Part shown: positions 38,291-46,597 of the stretch, piece after piece
Layout: every line of letters begins with the position of its first letter
How positions within the stretch are numbered: position 1 is the first letter of the stretch
From: Longimicrobiales bacterium
GTDB lineage: Bacteria > Gemmatimonadota > Gemmatimonadetes > Longimicrobiales > Gaopeijiaceae
Direction of reading: 5' to 3'
DNA length: 64,000 nucleotides
Assembly: GCA_965204735.1 (NCBI GenBank)
Contig: OZ242008.1
Coordinates: forward strand, 2,592,001 to 2,656,000
Position numbers and translations under genes: made by a program
Notes under the pieces: generated by a model
What the model was told of the DNA's origin: nothing
The model's input: only the letters and a program-made list of their open reading frames with translations
The model's database searches: none

Positions 38291-39922
38291 CTACATGCCC
38301 CACACTCCGACTTCGGTTCCGTCCTGGGCGGTCCGGGCAAGCCGAAACGTCTTCTCTTCCCAGCTCCGTCCTTCCCGTCGGTCGAAGACGACCAAGTGCC
38401 CTTCGGCGGCGCCGCACCGGTCCATGCAGCGGGCCGTCTGCTCGACCCCTTCGGCCACCGTCCGCTCCAGGCCCTTGTGCAGCGCCTTGCACTCCACCAC
38501 GTACTTGTGCTCCCGTGGCCGCTGCCCCGTCCGTCTCCCGCCGTCGGCCGCGGGCCACAACACCAGCAGGTCGGTCCGCCCGCGCCCCAGCCCGTACTCC
38601 CGCTCGATCCTGCCTCCGCTGTTGACGATCCGTTGCAGGAACGCCTGCAGGAGCAGCTGCGGCCCCGCCTCCTTGTACTGGAAACGTTCCACCCAGTGCT
38701 CCGAATGCTCCCGGAAGAACTCCTGGAACGCCGCCAGCAGCTTCTCCATCTCCAAGCCGTCCGACGGGCCCGCATACCATGACGGGTCCTGGGCCATCCC
38801 CTCCTGAGCCGTCCATGTCAGCTCCCGCGGCACGACCTCGGCGTAGACGGGGTTGGCAATGCGAAGCGGCATGTCGACGGCCACCAGCCCCAAGTCGCGG
38901 GCGTACTCCAGGTCTCGGCCCGAGAACTCCGGCGGGCCGCCCCCGGCCAGCAGCGGCTCCACTACCCGCCTCACCCGTTCTTCCCTCAGCTTGTCCGCGA
39001 GCTGGTCCAGATGCGTCTCCCGCCGGCGGATCAGCGCCTCCTGCGCCGCCACGACGTCGGCCTCCGCGATCTGCCTCGACCGATCGGCCCCGCCCTCTCC
39101 CTCGAAGCACACCTCGTAGGCCAGCGCGTTGACCAGCCACGGCTGGCCCCGGGTCCGCGCCCAAACCGCTTCCAACGCTTCCTCCGCAAACGGCTGGCCC
39201 GTCTCCTCCGTGTGCTGCCCCAGCAGGAACCGCACTTCTTCCCGGCTGAAGTCCCCCAGCCGAAGGGACTTCGCCTTGACGTTGAAGGCGCTGCCGCCCG
39301 ACACCAACGTGTCGGCCGAACCGGAACGGATGCGGTAGTCCCGCACGTCCCGCACCCCGCACAGCACCACGCTCTGGGGGAAGCCGTCGGGGCGCAGGTC
39401 GTACCCCGCCCGAAGCTGCCGCAGCACCGAGAGGAGAGAATCCCCCACCAGGGCGTCGATCTCGTCGATCAGGAGCACGAGAGGCTTCGGGGCGGCCCGC
39501 GCCCACCGGGTCAGCGCCACCCGCAGGGCGGTGTCGGGACCGCGCTTGGCCAGGACCTCCGGCCAGATCTCCTCCAGCGATCCGTCGCCCAGCGCGTCGT
39601 CCGCTCGAGCAGCCAGCTCGCTCAGCACCGCTCGCACGACTCGAGCAACGTCCTCGCGGGCCGTCTGTCCGCCTTCCACGTTGACGTAGGCGCAACTGAA
39701 GCGGCCCTCGTCGTTCAGGAGGTCCTGCAACGCCAGCAGGGCCGAGGTCTTGCCCGTCTGGCGGGGCGCGTGGAGGACGAAGTACCGCTCTTCGGCCACG
39801 AGCCGCCGGAACTCGGCGAGGTCCATGCGCTCCAGGGGCGGCACGTGGTAGTGGCGGGCCGGCTTCACCGGACCGGTCGTGTTGAAGAAGCGCGCGGGGC
39901 TGGATTGGCTAGAGCTGCGCAC
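38291..39922 (-). CDS. P-loop (AAA-like) ATPase with C-terminal PD-(D/E)XK-type nuclease-like domain
   Basis: RFFNTTGP N-terminus, Walker [11 protein letters not shown], Walker [10 protein letters not shown], and C-terminal [14 protein letters not shown]...VVECK. Confidence 0.82.
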   Translation of the reverse strand: MRSSSQSSPARFFNTTGPVKPARHYHVPPLERMDLAEFRRLVAEERYFVLHAPRQTGKTSALLALQDLLNDEGRFSCAYVNVEGGQTAREDVARVVRAVLSELAARADDALGDGSLEEIWPEVLAKRGPDTALRVALTRWARAAPKPLVLLIDEIDALVGDSLLSVLRQLRAGYDLRPDGFPQSVVLCGVRDVRDYRIRSGSADTLVSGGSAFNVKAKSLRLGDFSREEVRFLLGQHTEETGQPFAEEALEAVWARTRGQPWLVNALAYEVCFEGEGGADRSRQIAEADVVAAQEALIRRRETHLDQLADKLREERVRRVVEPLLAGGGPPEFSGRDLEYARDLGLVAVDMPLRIANPVYAEVVPRELTWTAQEGMAQDPSWYAGPSDGLEMEKLLAAFQEFFREHSEHWVERFQYKEAGPQLLLQAFLQRIVNSGGRIEREYGLGRGRTDLLVLWPAADGGRRTGQRPREHKYVVECKALHKGLERTVAEGVEQTARCMDRCGAAEGHLVVFDRREGRSWEEKTFRLARTAQDGTEVGVWGM

Positions 39923-41462
39923 CGGAAGCGTCCCCTCCTGCGTAGCTGCCCCAGACGCTGCGCAGCGCGTCGCTGATCTCGCCCAGGGTCGCGTCGGCCT
40001 TCACGGCCCGGACGATCACGGGCATCAGGTTGACTTCGCCTGCGGCCGCGGCCCGAACCCGCTCCAGCTGCCGGGCCACGGCGCCCCCGTCCCGGGCGGC
40101 CTTGAACTCGCCCAGCGCGCGCACCTGCCGCGCCTCCATCTCTCGGTAGTCCGGCCCCGGCGGCGGCTCGTGGGCTTCGTCGGTTCGGAAGCGGTTCACG
40201 CCCACCACCGTCCGCTCGCCCGACTCCACTTCCAGCTGGAAGCGGTACGCCGACTGGTGTATCTCGTCCTGCATGAACTCGATCGCCCGGGACGCCCCGC
40301 CGATCTCCTCGATCCGCGCCATCAGCGCCAGCGCGGCGGACTCGACCTGGGCGGTGAGGCGCTCGACCAAGCGGCCGCCTCCCAGCGGGTCGGCCCAGGT
40401 GGCGCCGCCCGACTCGTACGCGACGATCTGCTGGGTGCGCAGGGCCAGCGCCGCCGCTTCCGCCGAGGGCAGGGAGAGGGCTTCGTCGTAGCCGTTGGTG
40501 TGAAGCGACTGGGCGCCGCCCAGAACGGCCGCCAGCGCCTGGACGGCGACCCGGACCACGTTGTTGAGGGGCTGCTGGGCGGCGAGGGTGGAGCCGCCGG
40601 TCTGGGCGTGGAAGCGGAGCCGGCAGGAGCGGTCCGACGCGTCGAAGCGCTGCCGCATGAGACGCGCCCACACCCGTCGCGCGGCCCGAAACTTGGCCGC
40701 TTCTTCGAACAGGTCGTTGTGGACGGCGAAGAAGAAGGAGATCCGCGGCGCAAACTCTTCGAGGCCTATGCCGGCGGCCAAGGCGCGCTCCACGTACTCC
40801 AGCCCGTTCGCGAGGGTGAACGCCACTTCCTGGGCGGCCGTGGAGCCGGCCTCGCGGATGTGGTAGCCGGACACCGAGATCGCGTTCCACTTCGGGAGCT
40901 CCCGGGCGCAGAACGCCATCAGGTCGCTCACCAAGCGAAGGGAGGGCTCGACCGGGTAGACGTAGGCGCCCCGCGCGACGTACTCCTTGAGCACGTCGTT
41001 TTGGACGGTCCCCCGCAACCGGTCCCTGGGCACGCCCTGCTCGTCGGCGACGGCCACGTACAGGGCCAGCAGGATTGGGGCGGTGGCGTTGATCGTCATC
41101 GAGCACGACACGCCGTCCATGCCGATGCCGCGGAAGAGGGACCGCATGTCGGCGACGGAGTCGATCGCCACGCCCACGCGGCCCACCTCGCCCGTCGCCG
41201 TCGCCGAGTCCGAGTCCAATCCCATTTGGGTGGGCAGGTCGAAGGCGACGGAGAGACCTGTGGTTCCCTTGTCCAGAAGGAAGCGGTAGCGCCGGTTGGT
41301 CTCTTCCGCGGTGCCGAAGCCGGCGTACTGGCGCATCGTCCAGAGCCGGCCCCGGTACATGTCGCGGTGGACGCCTCGGGTGAACGGAAACTCGCCCGGC
41401 CTGCCCAGGTCGCGCGCAGCGTCGAAGCCGTCGGGCTGCGCGTCGATCGACGACTCGCTCAC
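39909..41462 (-). CDS. Methylmalonyl-CoA mutase, substrate-binding subunit (no B12-binding domain)
   Basis: [52 protein letters not shown] and QSLHTN motifs. The Tyr in RQY fits methylmalonyl-CoA specificity. Confidence 0.93.
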   Translation of the reverse strand: MSESSIDAQPDGFDAARDLGRPGEFPFTRGVHRDMYRGRLWTMRQYAGFGTAEETNRRYRFLLDKGTTGLSVAFDLPTQMGLDSDSATATGEVGRVGVAIDSVADMRSLFRGIGMDGVSCSMTINATAPILLALYVAVADEQGVPRDRLRGTVQNDVLKEYVARGAYVYPVEPSLRLVSDLMAFCARELPKWNAISVSGYHIREAGSTAAQEVAFTLANGLEYVERALAAGIGLEEFAPRISFFFAVHNDLFEEAAKFRAARRVWARLMRQRFDASDRSCRLRFHAQTGGSTLAAQQPLNNVVRVAVQALAAVLGGAQSLHTNGYDEALSLPSAEAAALALRTQQIVAYESGGATWADPLGGGRLVERLTAQVESAALALMARIEEIGGASRAIEFMQDEIHQSAYRFQLEVESGERTVVGVNRFRTDEAHEPPPGPDYREMEARQVRALGEFKAARDGGAVARQLERVRAAAAGEVNLMPVIVRAVKADATLGEISDALRSVWGSYAGGDASGAQL

Positions 41463-43567
41463 GAGCCTTCCGCCTCGCCGAACTCCACGAGCACCTGGTC
41501 CTTCTCCACAGCCTGCCCCGGCGAAACCCGCACCTTGGCCACGCGCGACGCGGCGGTCGCCCGCAGCTCGTTCTCCATCTTCATCGCTTCGACGACCGCT
41601 ACCCGATCGCCCGCATCCACGACGTCGCCCTCGGCGACTGCGACCTGAACGACCATGCCGGGCATCGGCGCCTTGAGGGACGGGGCGGGTCGGGCGACCC
41701 TGGCCGCGCCCGCCAGCCTTCGCACGGCCGCGGCGCGCGCGTCCAGCGCCTCGAGGGCGAAGGCGCGCCCGTCCAGCTCCAGCTCCCAGGCGCCCGAGCC
41801 GGCGCCTGCATGGCGAGCCAGCACGTGGTGGGAGGCGCCGTCGATCAGCAGGGAACAGCCGCCGGGGCAGCCCGCAGTCGCCAGGGACGCCTCGCATCGG
41901 CGGCCGTCCACCTGCACGCTGCCGTCCGGACCGACGACCACGTCGTGCTCCTTCCCGCACAGGGCGACCACGTAGCGGGCGTGGCCGGCGGGTGCGGGGC
42001 CAGCCGCCGCCGGAGCGCCGGACGGGGCGGATGCCGGACCGGCGGCCGCGTCGAGTCCTTGGCCGTACGCCGGGGACCGACGCCACGCCGGAAAGCGCTG
42101 CCCGGCCGGAAACCGCCGCCCGGCCTCCCCAATCCGACCAGCGGAGCGCTCGCTGCGCCTCTTGTGCTCCAGGAGGGCCGCGGCGACAAGAAGTGCGGCC
42201 CGCCGACCGTCGGCGAGAGCGTCCTCGAAGAGCGCCGGGTGGTCGTCCAGGTAGCTGGTGGACAAGCGTCCTGCGAGGAAGTCCGGCTCCGCCAGGACGC
42301 GGGCCAGGAGGGGAGCGCTGGTGGACACGCCCCCGACCCGCAGCTCGGCCAGCGCGGCCTTCATCCGCCGGACGGCGGCGGCCCGGTCCCGTCCGTGGGC
42401 CACGAGCTTGCCCAGCAACGGGTCGTAATGGAGGCCGACCTCGTCGCCCGCGGCGACTCCCCCGTCCCAGCGGACGCCGGGACCGCCGGGCACGGTCAGC
42501 TCCCGCACCACGCCGGTGGAAGGCAGGAAGCCGTCGAACGGGGACTCGCTGGTGATCCGGCACTCGATCGCGTGTCCCCGCAGGGGAACCTCTTGCTGGC
42601 GAAGGGGAAGCGGCTCGCCCGACGCGACCCGAATCTGCCACTCCACCAAGTCCAGGCCCGTGATCATCTCGGTGACGGGGTGCTCGACCTGAAGGCGCGT
42701 GTTCATCTCCAGGAAGAAGAACTCGCCGTCGTGATGAAGGAACTCGACGGTTCCGGCCCCGACGTACTCCACCGCTCGGGCCGCGCGCACCGCCGCCTTG
42801 CCCATTCGCTCGCGCTCCTCGGGTCCCAGGAGGGGCGACGGGGCCTCTTCCAGCAGCTTCTGGTGCCTGCGCTGGACCGAGCACTCCCGTTCGAACAGGT
42901 GGACAACGTTGCTTTGGTGGTCGGCGAACACCTGCATCTCCACATGGCGCGGGCGCTCCAGAAAGCGCTCGACGTACACGCGGCCGTCGCCGAACGCCGC
43001 CTGCGCCTCTCGGGCGGCGGCCTCGAAGGCCGGCCGGAGCTCCTTCGCCTCCCGGACGACCCTCATCCCCTTTCCGCCTCCGCCGGCGGCCGCCTTGAGC
43101 ACAACGGGGAAGCCGGTCTCTCGGGCCGCTTCTTCCGCATCTCGGCCCGACGCCAGCGGCGAGTCCGTTCCGGGCACGACGGGCACGCCGGCGGCCCTCA
43201 TGCGCCGACGAGCCTCCGTCTTGTCGCCCATGGCGCGAATCGCGGCGGGAGACGGGCCCACGAAGATCATCCCCGCCCGCTCCACCGCCTCCGCGAAGTC
43301 GCCCCGCTCCGCCAGGAAGCCGTAGCCGGGATGGAGCGCGGAAGCGCCGCACCGAGCGGCCGCGGCCAGGAGCTTGTCGATCGCAAGGTAGCTCTCGGCG
43401 GCCGGCGCCGGGCCGATCGGGTAGGCCTCGTCGGCGTGAAGGACGTGGGGCGCCGTCCGGTCCGCCTCCGAGAAGACGGCGATCGCGCGAACCCCCAGCG
43501 CTCGGGCGCCCCGGATCACCCGCAAGGCGATCTCGCCCCGGTTGGCCACCAGCACGGACTCGATCAA
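41459..43567 (-). CDS. pccA: Acyl-CoA carboxylase alpha subunit (biotin carboxylase + biotin carrier), probably propionyl-CoA carboxylase
   Basis: [41 protein letters not shown] and EAMKME biotin site. TTG start at 43567. Confidence 0.88.
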   Translation of the reverse strand: MIESVLVANRGEIALRVIRGARALGVRAIAVFSEADRTAPHVLHADEAYPIGPAPAAESYLAIDKLLAAAARCGASALHPGYGFLAERGDFAEAVERAGMIFVGPSPAAIRAMGDKTEARRRMRAAGVPVVPGTDSPLASGRDAEEAARETGFPVVLKAAAGGGGKGMRVVREAKELRPAFEAAAREAQAAFGDGRVYVERFLERPRHVEMQVFADHQSNVVHLFERECSVQRRHQKLLEEAPSPLLGPEERERMGKAAVRAARAVEYVGAGTVEFLHHDGEFFFLEMNTRLQVEHPVTEMITGLDLVEWQIRVASGEPLPLRQQEVPLRGHAIECRITSESPFDGFLPSTGVVRELTVPGGPGVRWDGGVAAGDEVGLHYDPLLGKLVAHGRDRAAAVRRMKAALAELRVGGVSTSAPLLARVLAEPDFLAGRLSTSYLDDHPALFEDALADGRRAALLVAAALLEHKRRSERSAGRIGEAGRRFPAGQRFPAWRRSPAYGQGLDAAAGPASAPSGAPAAAGPAPAGHARYVVALCGKEHDVVVGPDGSVQVDGRRCEASLATAGCPGGCSLLIDGASHHVLARHAGAGSGAWELELDGRAFALEALDARAAAVRRLAGAARVARPAPSLKAPMPGMVVQVAVAEGDVVDAGDRVAVVEAMKMENELRATAASRVAKVRVSPGQAVEKDQVLVEFGEAEGS

Positions 43568-43902
43568 CGGGCTGCGACCACTCCTGGGCTGGATGGGCTG
43601 GAGAACGCCGGGCGCGGGGGACGAAAGGCGGGAGGTGCTCCCGCGCCCGGCCCGGCTCCGGGGCGCCGACTCGGCTCCGGGGGCGCCCGACTCCAAGAAA
43701 GATTGCCGCCGGCCCCCGCGGAAGGTCAATGGTCCTTACGCGGAGGGCGAGCCGTGGGCTTGGCATTGTCGCGGCAGACTTCAGCCGCGCAATGCCACGG
43801 CGGAGGTCGAGCCGTGGCGCCCAGCACCGCTCGGCCGAGCAGACCGCCGGGAAGGTCGAGCGGTCCCGGTCCCCGCCCGGCGGCGCTCTCGTCGGGCGCG
43901 GG

Positions 43903-44823
43903 CTACTCGACCGTGCCCGATGCGGTCGTCTCTTCGCCGTCCCTCCAGATGCGGAACCGAATCTCGTCGCCTTCCTCGTAGGAACGGAGGATGCGGCGGA
44001 ACTCCTCCTCGTCCTCCACCTCCCGGCCGTCGATTCCGACCACCACGTCGCCGGGGCGCAGCCCCAGGGCCGAGGCGTCGTCCGCGTCCGCCACCAGAAC
44101 TCCCGTCTCGATCCCGAAGTAGGCCCCGAGCTCCGGATTCATCGCCACCAGGTCCAGCCCGTGAACGCGGCCTCGCCCAATGCGCAAGACGGCGTTGAAG
44201 TCCGACATGTCCGGGGCTTGGAGGCGCTGCATGCGGATGGTCCAGTTGCGGCTGTCCCGAAGCCGGTCCCCCAAGTCGCGAAGGCGCTCCGGGTAGTCGG
44301 GCCCGAAGCCGGACCACCTGGCGTCGCCCGTCCACTCCCACTCCTCCGGCGTCGCCGCAAGGGTCAGCTCCTCGCCGTCGCGGCGCACGACCAGCTCCAC
44401 GGCCTCGCCCGCTTCGGCGTCCTTCAGCAGGGCGATCAGCCGCTGAGCCGGAAAGGAGCGCTCGTCCTCGAACTCCCGTTCGACGGCCTCGTCCAAGGGA
44501 AGGCCCAGACCGCGACCGTCGAAGGACACGATCACGTCGCCGGCCTCTACCCCCGCCTCCGCCGCGGGACCGCCGGAGCGGACCCCGCTCACGCGCACGC
44601 CGACGGAGTCCAGCTCGCGCTCCATCTCCATGGAGAGCAGCACGCCCAGCACGGGGGGGCGCCGGCCGTCGAAGAACCCCGACGGCGCCCGCGCCGCTCC
44701 CTGTCGTGCCCGTCGCCGATCTTCCTCCTGGGCCGACGCGAGCGCCGATGCGCCACCGATCCCCCAGGCAAGGACCAGTGCTCCCGCCACGCCGACCCGT
44801 CCCAGCTTCGCCGTTCCCTTCAT
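43903..44823 (-). CDS. Exported protein with two PDZ domains
   Basis: Signal peptide after a [37 protein letters not shown] and [13 protein letters not shown] motifs. Confidence 0.85.
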   Translation of the reverse strand: MKGTAKLGRVGVAGALVLAWGIGGASALASAQEEDRRRARQGAARAPSGFFDGRRPPVLGVLLSMEMERELDSVGVRVSGVRSGGPAAEAGVEAGDVIVSFDGRGLGLPLDEAVEREFEDERSFPAQRLIALLKDAEAGEAVELVVRRDGEELTLAATPEEWEWTGDARWSGFGPDYPERLRDLGDRLRDSRNWTIRMQRLQAPDMSDFNAVLRIGRGRVHGLDLVAMNPELGAYFGIETGVLVADADDASALGLRPGDVVVGIDGREVEDEEEFRRILRSYEEGDEIRFRIWRDGEETTASGTVE

Positions 44824-45004
44824 CCTTCGTCCTCCCTCTGTCTTGAATTGAAGCGTCATGCAGCGACCTGAAGCCTGTCTTGAAGCGACTTCCGGCTGCG
44901 AACAATGGGACGCGGGAAAGGCGAAGAAGAGTTGTCCGCTTCTGTCGGGGGAAGGGAAGTCTCTGTTGGGGAAGGGGGGAGGGGCTCTCGGGAAAGTGGG
45001 AAAG

Positions 45005-45092
45005 TGGTGGCAAAATGGTAGTAAAATGATAGCAAAATGGTAGTAAAATGGAGGCATTATGGTAGTGTAATGGTGGCAAAACGGTAGTAGAA
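45005..45092. repeat. Eight tandem 11-bp units, consensus TGGT(A/G)G(T/C)AAAA
   Basis: tggtggcaaaa tggtagtaaaa tgatagcaaaa tggtagtaaaa tggaggcatta tggtagtgtaa tggtggcaaaa cggtagtagaa. Confidence 0.9.
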
Positions 45093-45133
45093 CGGTTGTC
45101 CTGCATCACGGGGGTCAGCCCCAGAGGCGACGA

Positions 45134-45285
45134 AAAAAAATCTGTCCCATCCAGCCATGGAAATGGCGCATCCTCGGTGAGACACTGAGGACCAGGGCCG
45201 GAGACCGTCCCGGCCAGCTTCGGGGGAACTCCGTCCGCGACGCCTCCGAAGCGCCTCTCGTCTCGGACGCACTGGAGCCGCCGCC
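45134..45285 (+). ncRNA. Candidate structured leader or ncRNA upstream of Rpn copy 2
   Basis: Identical to the reverse complement of 27252-27403; contains several hairpins. Confidence 0.4.
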
Positions 45286-46491
45286 ATGGACCCTTCCACC
45301 AGCGAACCACCCTCTCTCCCCACGACGGGACGCCGCCGCCACGACCAGAGCTACAAGCGCCTCTTCAACACGACGGGCGGCGGCGTGGCCCTCGTCCGCG
45401 ACCTCGCGGCCATGGGCTGGGCCGACGAGTTCGACCTGCCGGCCGCCGACCCCTTCCCCACCGAGACCGTGGGCCCCGACCTGCGACGCCGGCTCTGCGA
45501 CTGCGCTTGGCGCGTCCGGTTCAAGGACGGTCGATCGGCGGTCCTCCTCTTCGAGTTCCAGTCCTCCGTCGATCCGGGCATGGTCCTCAGGACGCTGCGC
45601 TACACCGAGGCCGCCTACACGGTGCTGCACACGCTCGAGCGCCAGCGCGACCCCGACGGCGCCATGCCCCTCGTGCTCTCGTTCGTCGTCTACACCGGCA
45701 CGAGGCCATGGACGGCCGAGACGACGCTGGCCGGGCTGGCCAGCAGGCAAGAGCCGTCGCCGGTCGTGGCGCAGGCGGTCGCTGGCTTGGCGACCACTCA
45801 CGGCTACGGGCTGCTTGACTTGCGGTCGGCGCTGGCGCAAGGGTTGCTTCCCAGCGAGAGCGTGCTGGGCTGGGTCGCGGCACTGGAGGAGGACCCGTGG
45901 ACGAACTTTCCGGCGGTGCACCAGAGCATGGCGGAGCAGTGGGCCGGCCCGGACTATCTTCCAGAGCGGCAGGCGTTCGCGGACTGGACGGACGAGCGGC
46001 TGCGTGTGGCGGGGGTGCCGGAGGAGGCACGTCAGGACATCGTGGAGCAGATCATCCAACCGAAGGAGGAGAAAGAGATGGGCCAGACCTATGCGGAGTG
46101 GGCGGAGGGCCACCGGCAGCGGGGACTCGAGCAGGGGCTCCAGCAAGGACTCGAGCAGGGACTCGAGAAGGGGCTCGAACGGGGACTTGAGCAGGGACTC
46201 GAGCAGGGGCTCGAACGGGGACTTGAGCAGGGACTCGAGCAGGGACGTGAGCAGGGACGTGAGCAGGGGCTCGAACGGGGGCTCGAGCGGGGTCGCGCGG
46301 AGGGCCGAGCGGTCTTGCTGCTGCGTCAGGCTTCGCGGCGGTTCGGGGCCCAGACGGCGCGACGGCTGGAGAAGCGGGTGCGCTCCATGAGCGCCGAGCA
46401 GCTGGCGCGGGTCGGGGACGCGGTCGTGGAGTGCGACACTGCCGACGACTTCCTGGCCGTGGCCGGCGACGGCGACGCGGAGGGGCGGTAG
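45286..46491 (+). CDS. Rpn/YhgA-family nuclease (putative transposase) with DUF4351-like C-terminus, copy 2
   Basis: Same motifs as copy 1. It is 28 aa longer because of seven additional 4-aa repeats. Confidence 0.88.
   Translation: MDPSTSEPPSLPTTGRRRHDQSYKRLFNTTGGGVALVRDLAAMGWADEFDLPAADPFPTETVGPDLRRRLCDCAWRVRFKDGRSAVLLFEFQSSVDPGMVLRTLRYTEAAYTVLHTLERQRDPDGAMPLVLSFVVYTGTRPWTAETTLAGLASRQEPSPVVAQAVAGLATTHGYGLLDLRSALAQGLLPSESVLGWVAALEEDPWTNFPAVHQSMAEQWAGPDYLPERQAFADWTDERLRVAGVPEEARQDIVEQIIQPKEEKEMGQTYAEWAEGHRQRGLEQGLQQGLEQGLEKGLERGLEQGLEQGLERGLEQGLEQGREQGREQGLERGLERGRAEGRAVLLLRQASRRFGAQTARRLEKRVRSMSAEQLARVGDAVVECDTADDFLAVAGDGDAEGR
46078..46491 (+). CDS. Putative internally initiated small protein (RpnS-like antitoxin), 137 aa; equivalent in copy 1 is 26130-26459 (-), 109 aa
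   Basis: AAGGAGG at 46063-46069, 8 nt before the in-frame ATG at 46078. The same arrangement is present in copy 1. Confidence 0.6.
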   Translation: MGQTYAEWAEGHRQRGLEQGLQQGLEQGLEKGLERGLEQGLEQGLERGLEQGLEQGREQGREQGLERGLERGRAEGRAVLLLRQASRRFGAQTARRLEKRVRSMSAEQLARVGDAVVECDTADDFLAVAGDGDAEGR

Positions 46492-46597
46492 CGGACGGAG
46501 GCGACGCCAAGCCGTCGCTTCCCAAGCTGGACAAAGCCGACAGGGGCCGCACCGCTGGGCTGACCCCAACGCTCGCCCACACCACCACTAGACTAGA

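Larger units (their letters stand above)
45111..46567 (+). mobile_element. Rpn module copy 2, bracketed by an 11-bp inverted repeat
   Basis: Homologous to copy 1. GGGGTCAGCCC at 45111-45121 and GGGCTGACCCC at 46557-46567. Confidence 0.55.

Noticed and set aside
45005..45092. Possible CRISPR array
   Set aside because: Units are 11 bp, contiguous and have no spacers; no cas genes are present.
45057..45323. Small antisense ORF across the Rpn leader, mirrored at 27214 onward
   Set aside because: The two versions have unrelated ends and low-complexity Arg-rich content; the shared part simply reflects DNA identity.
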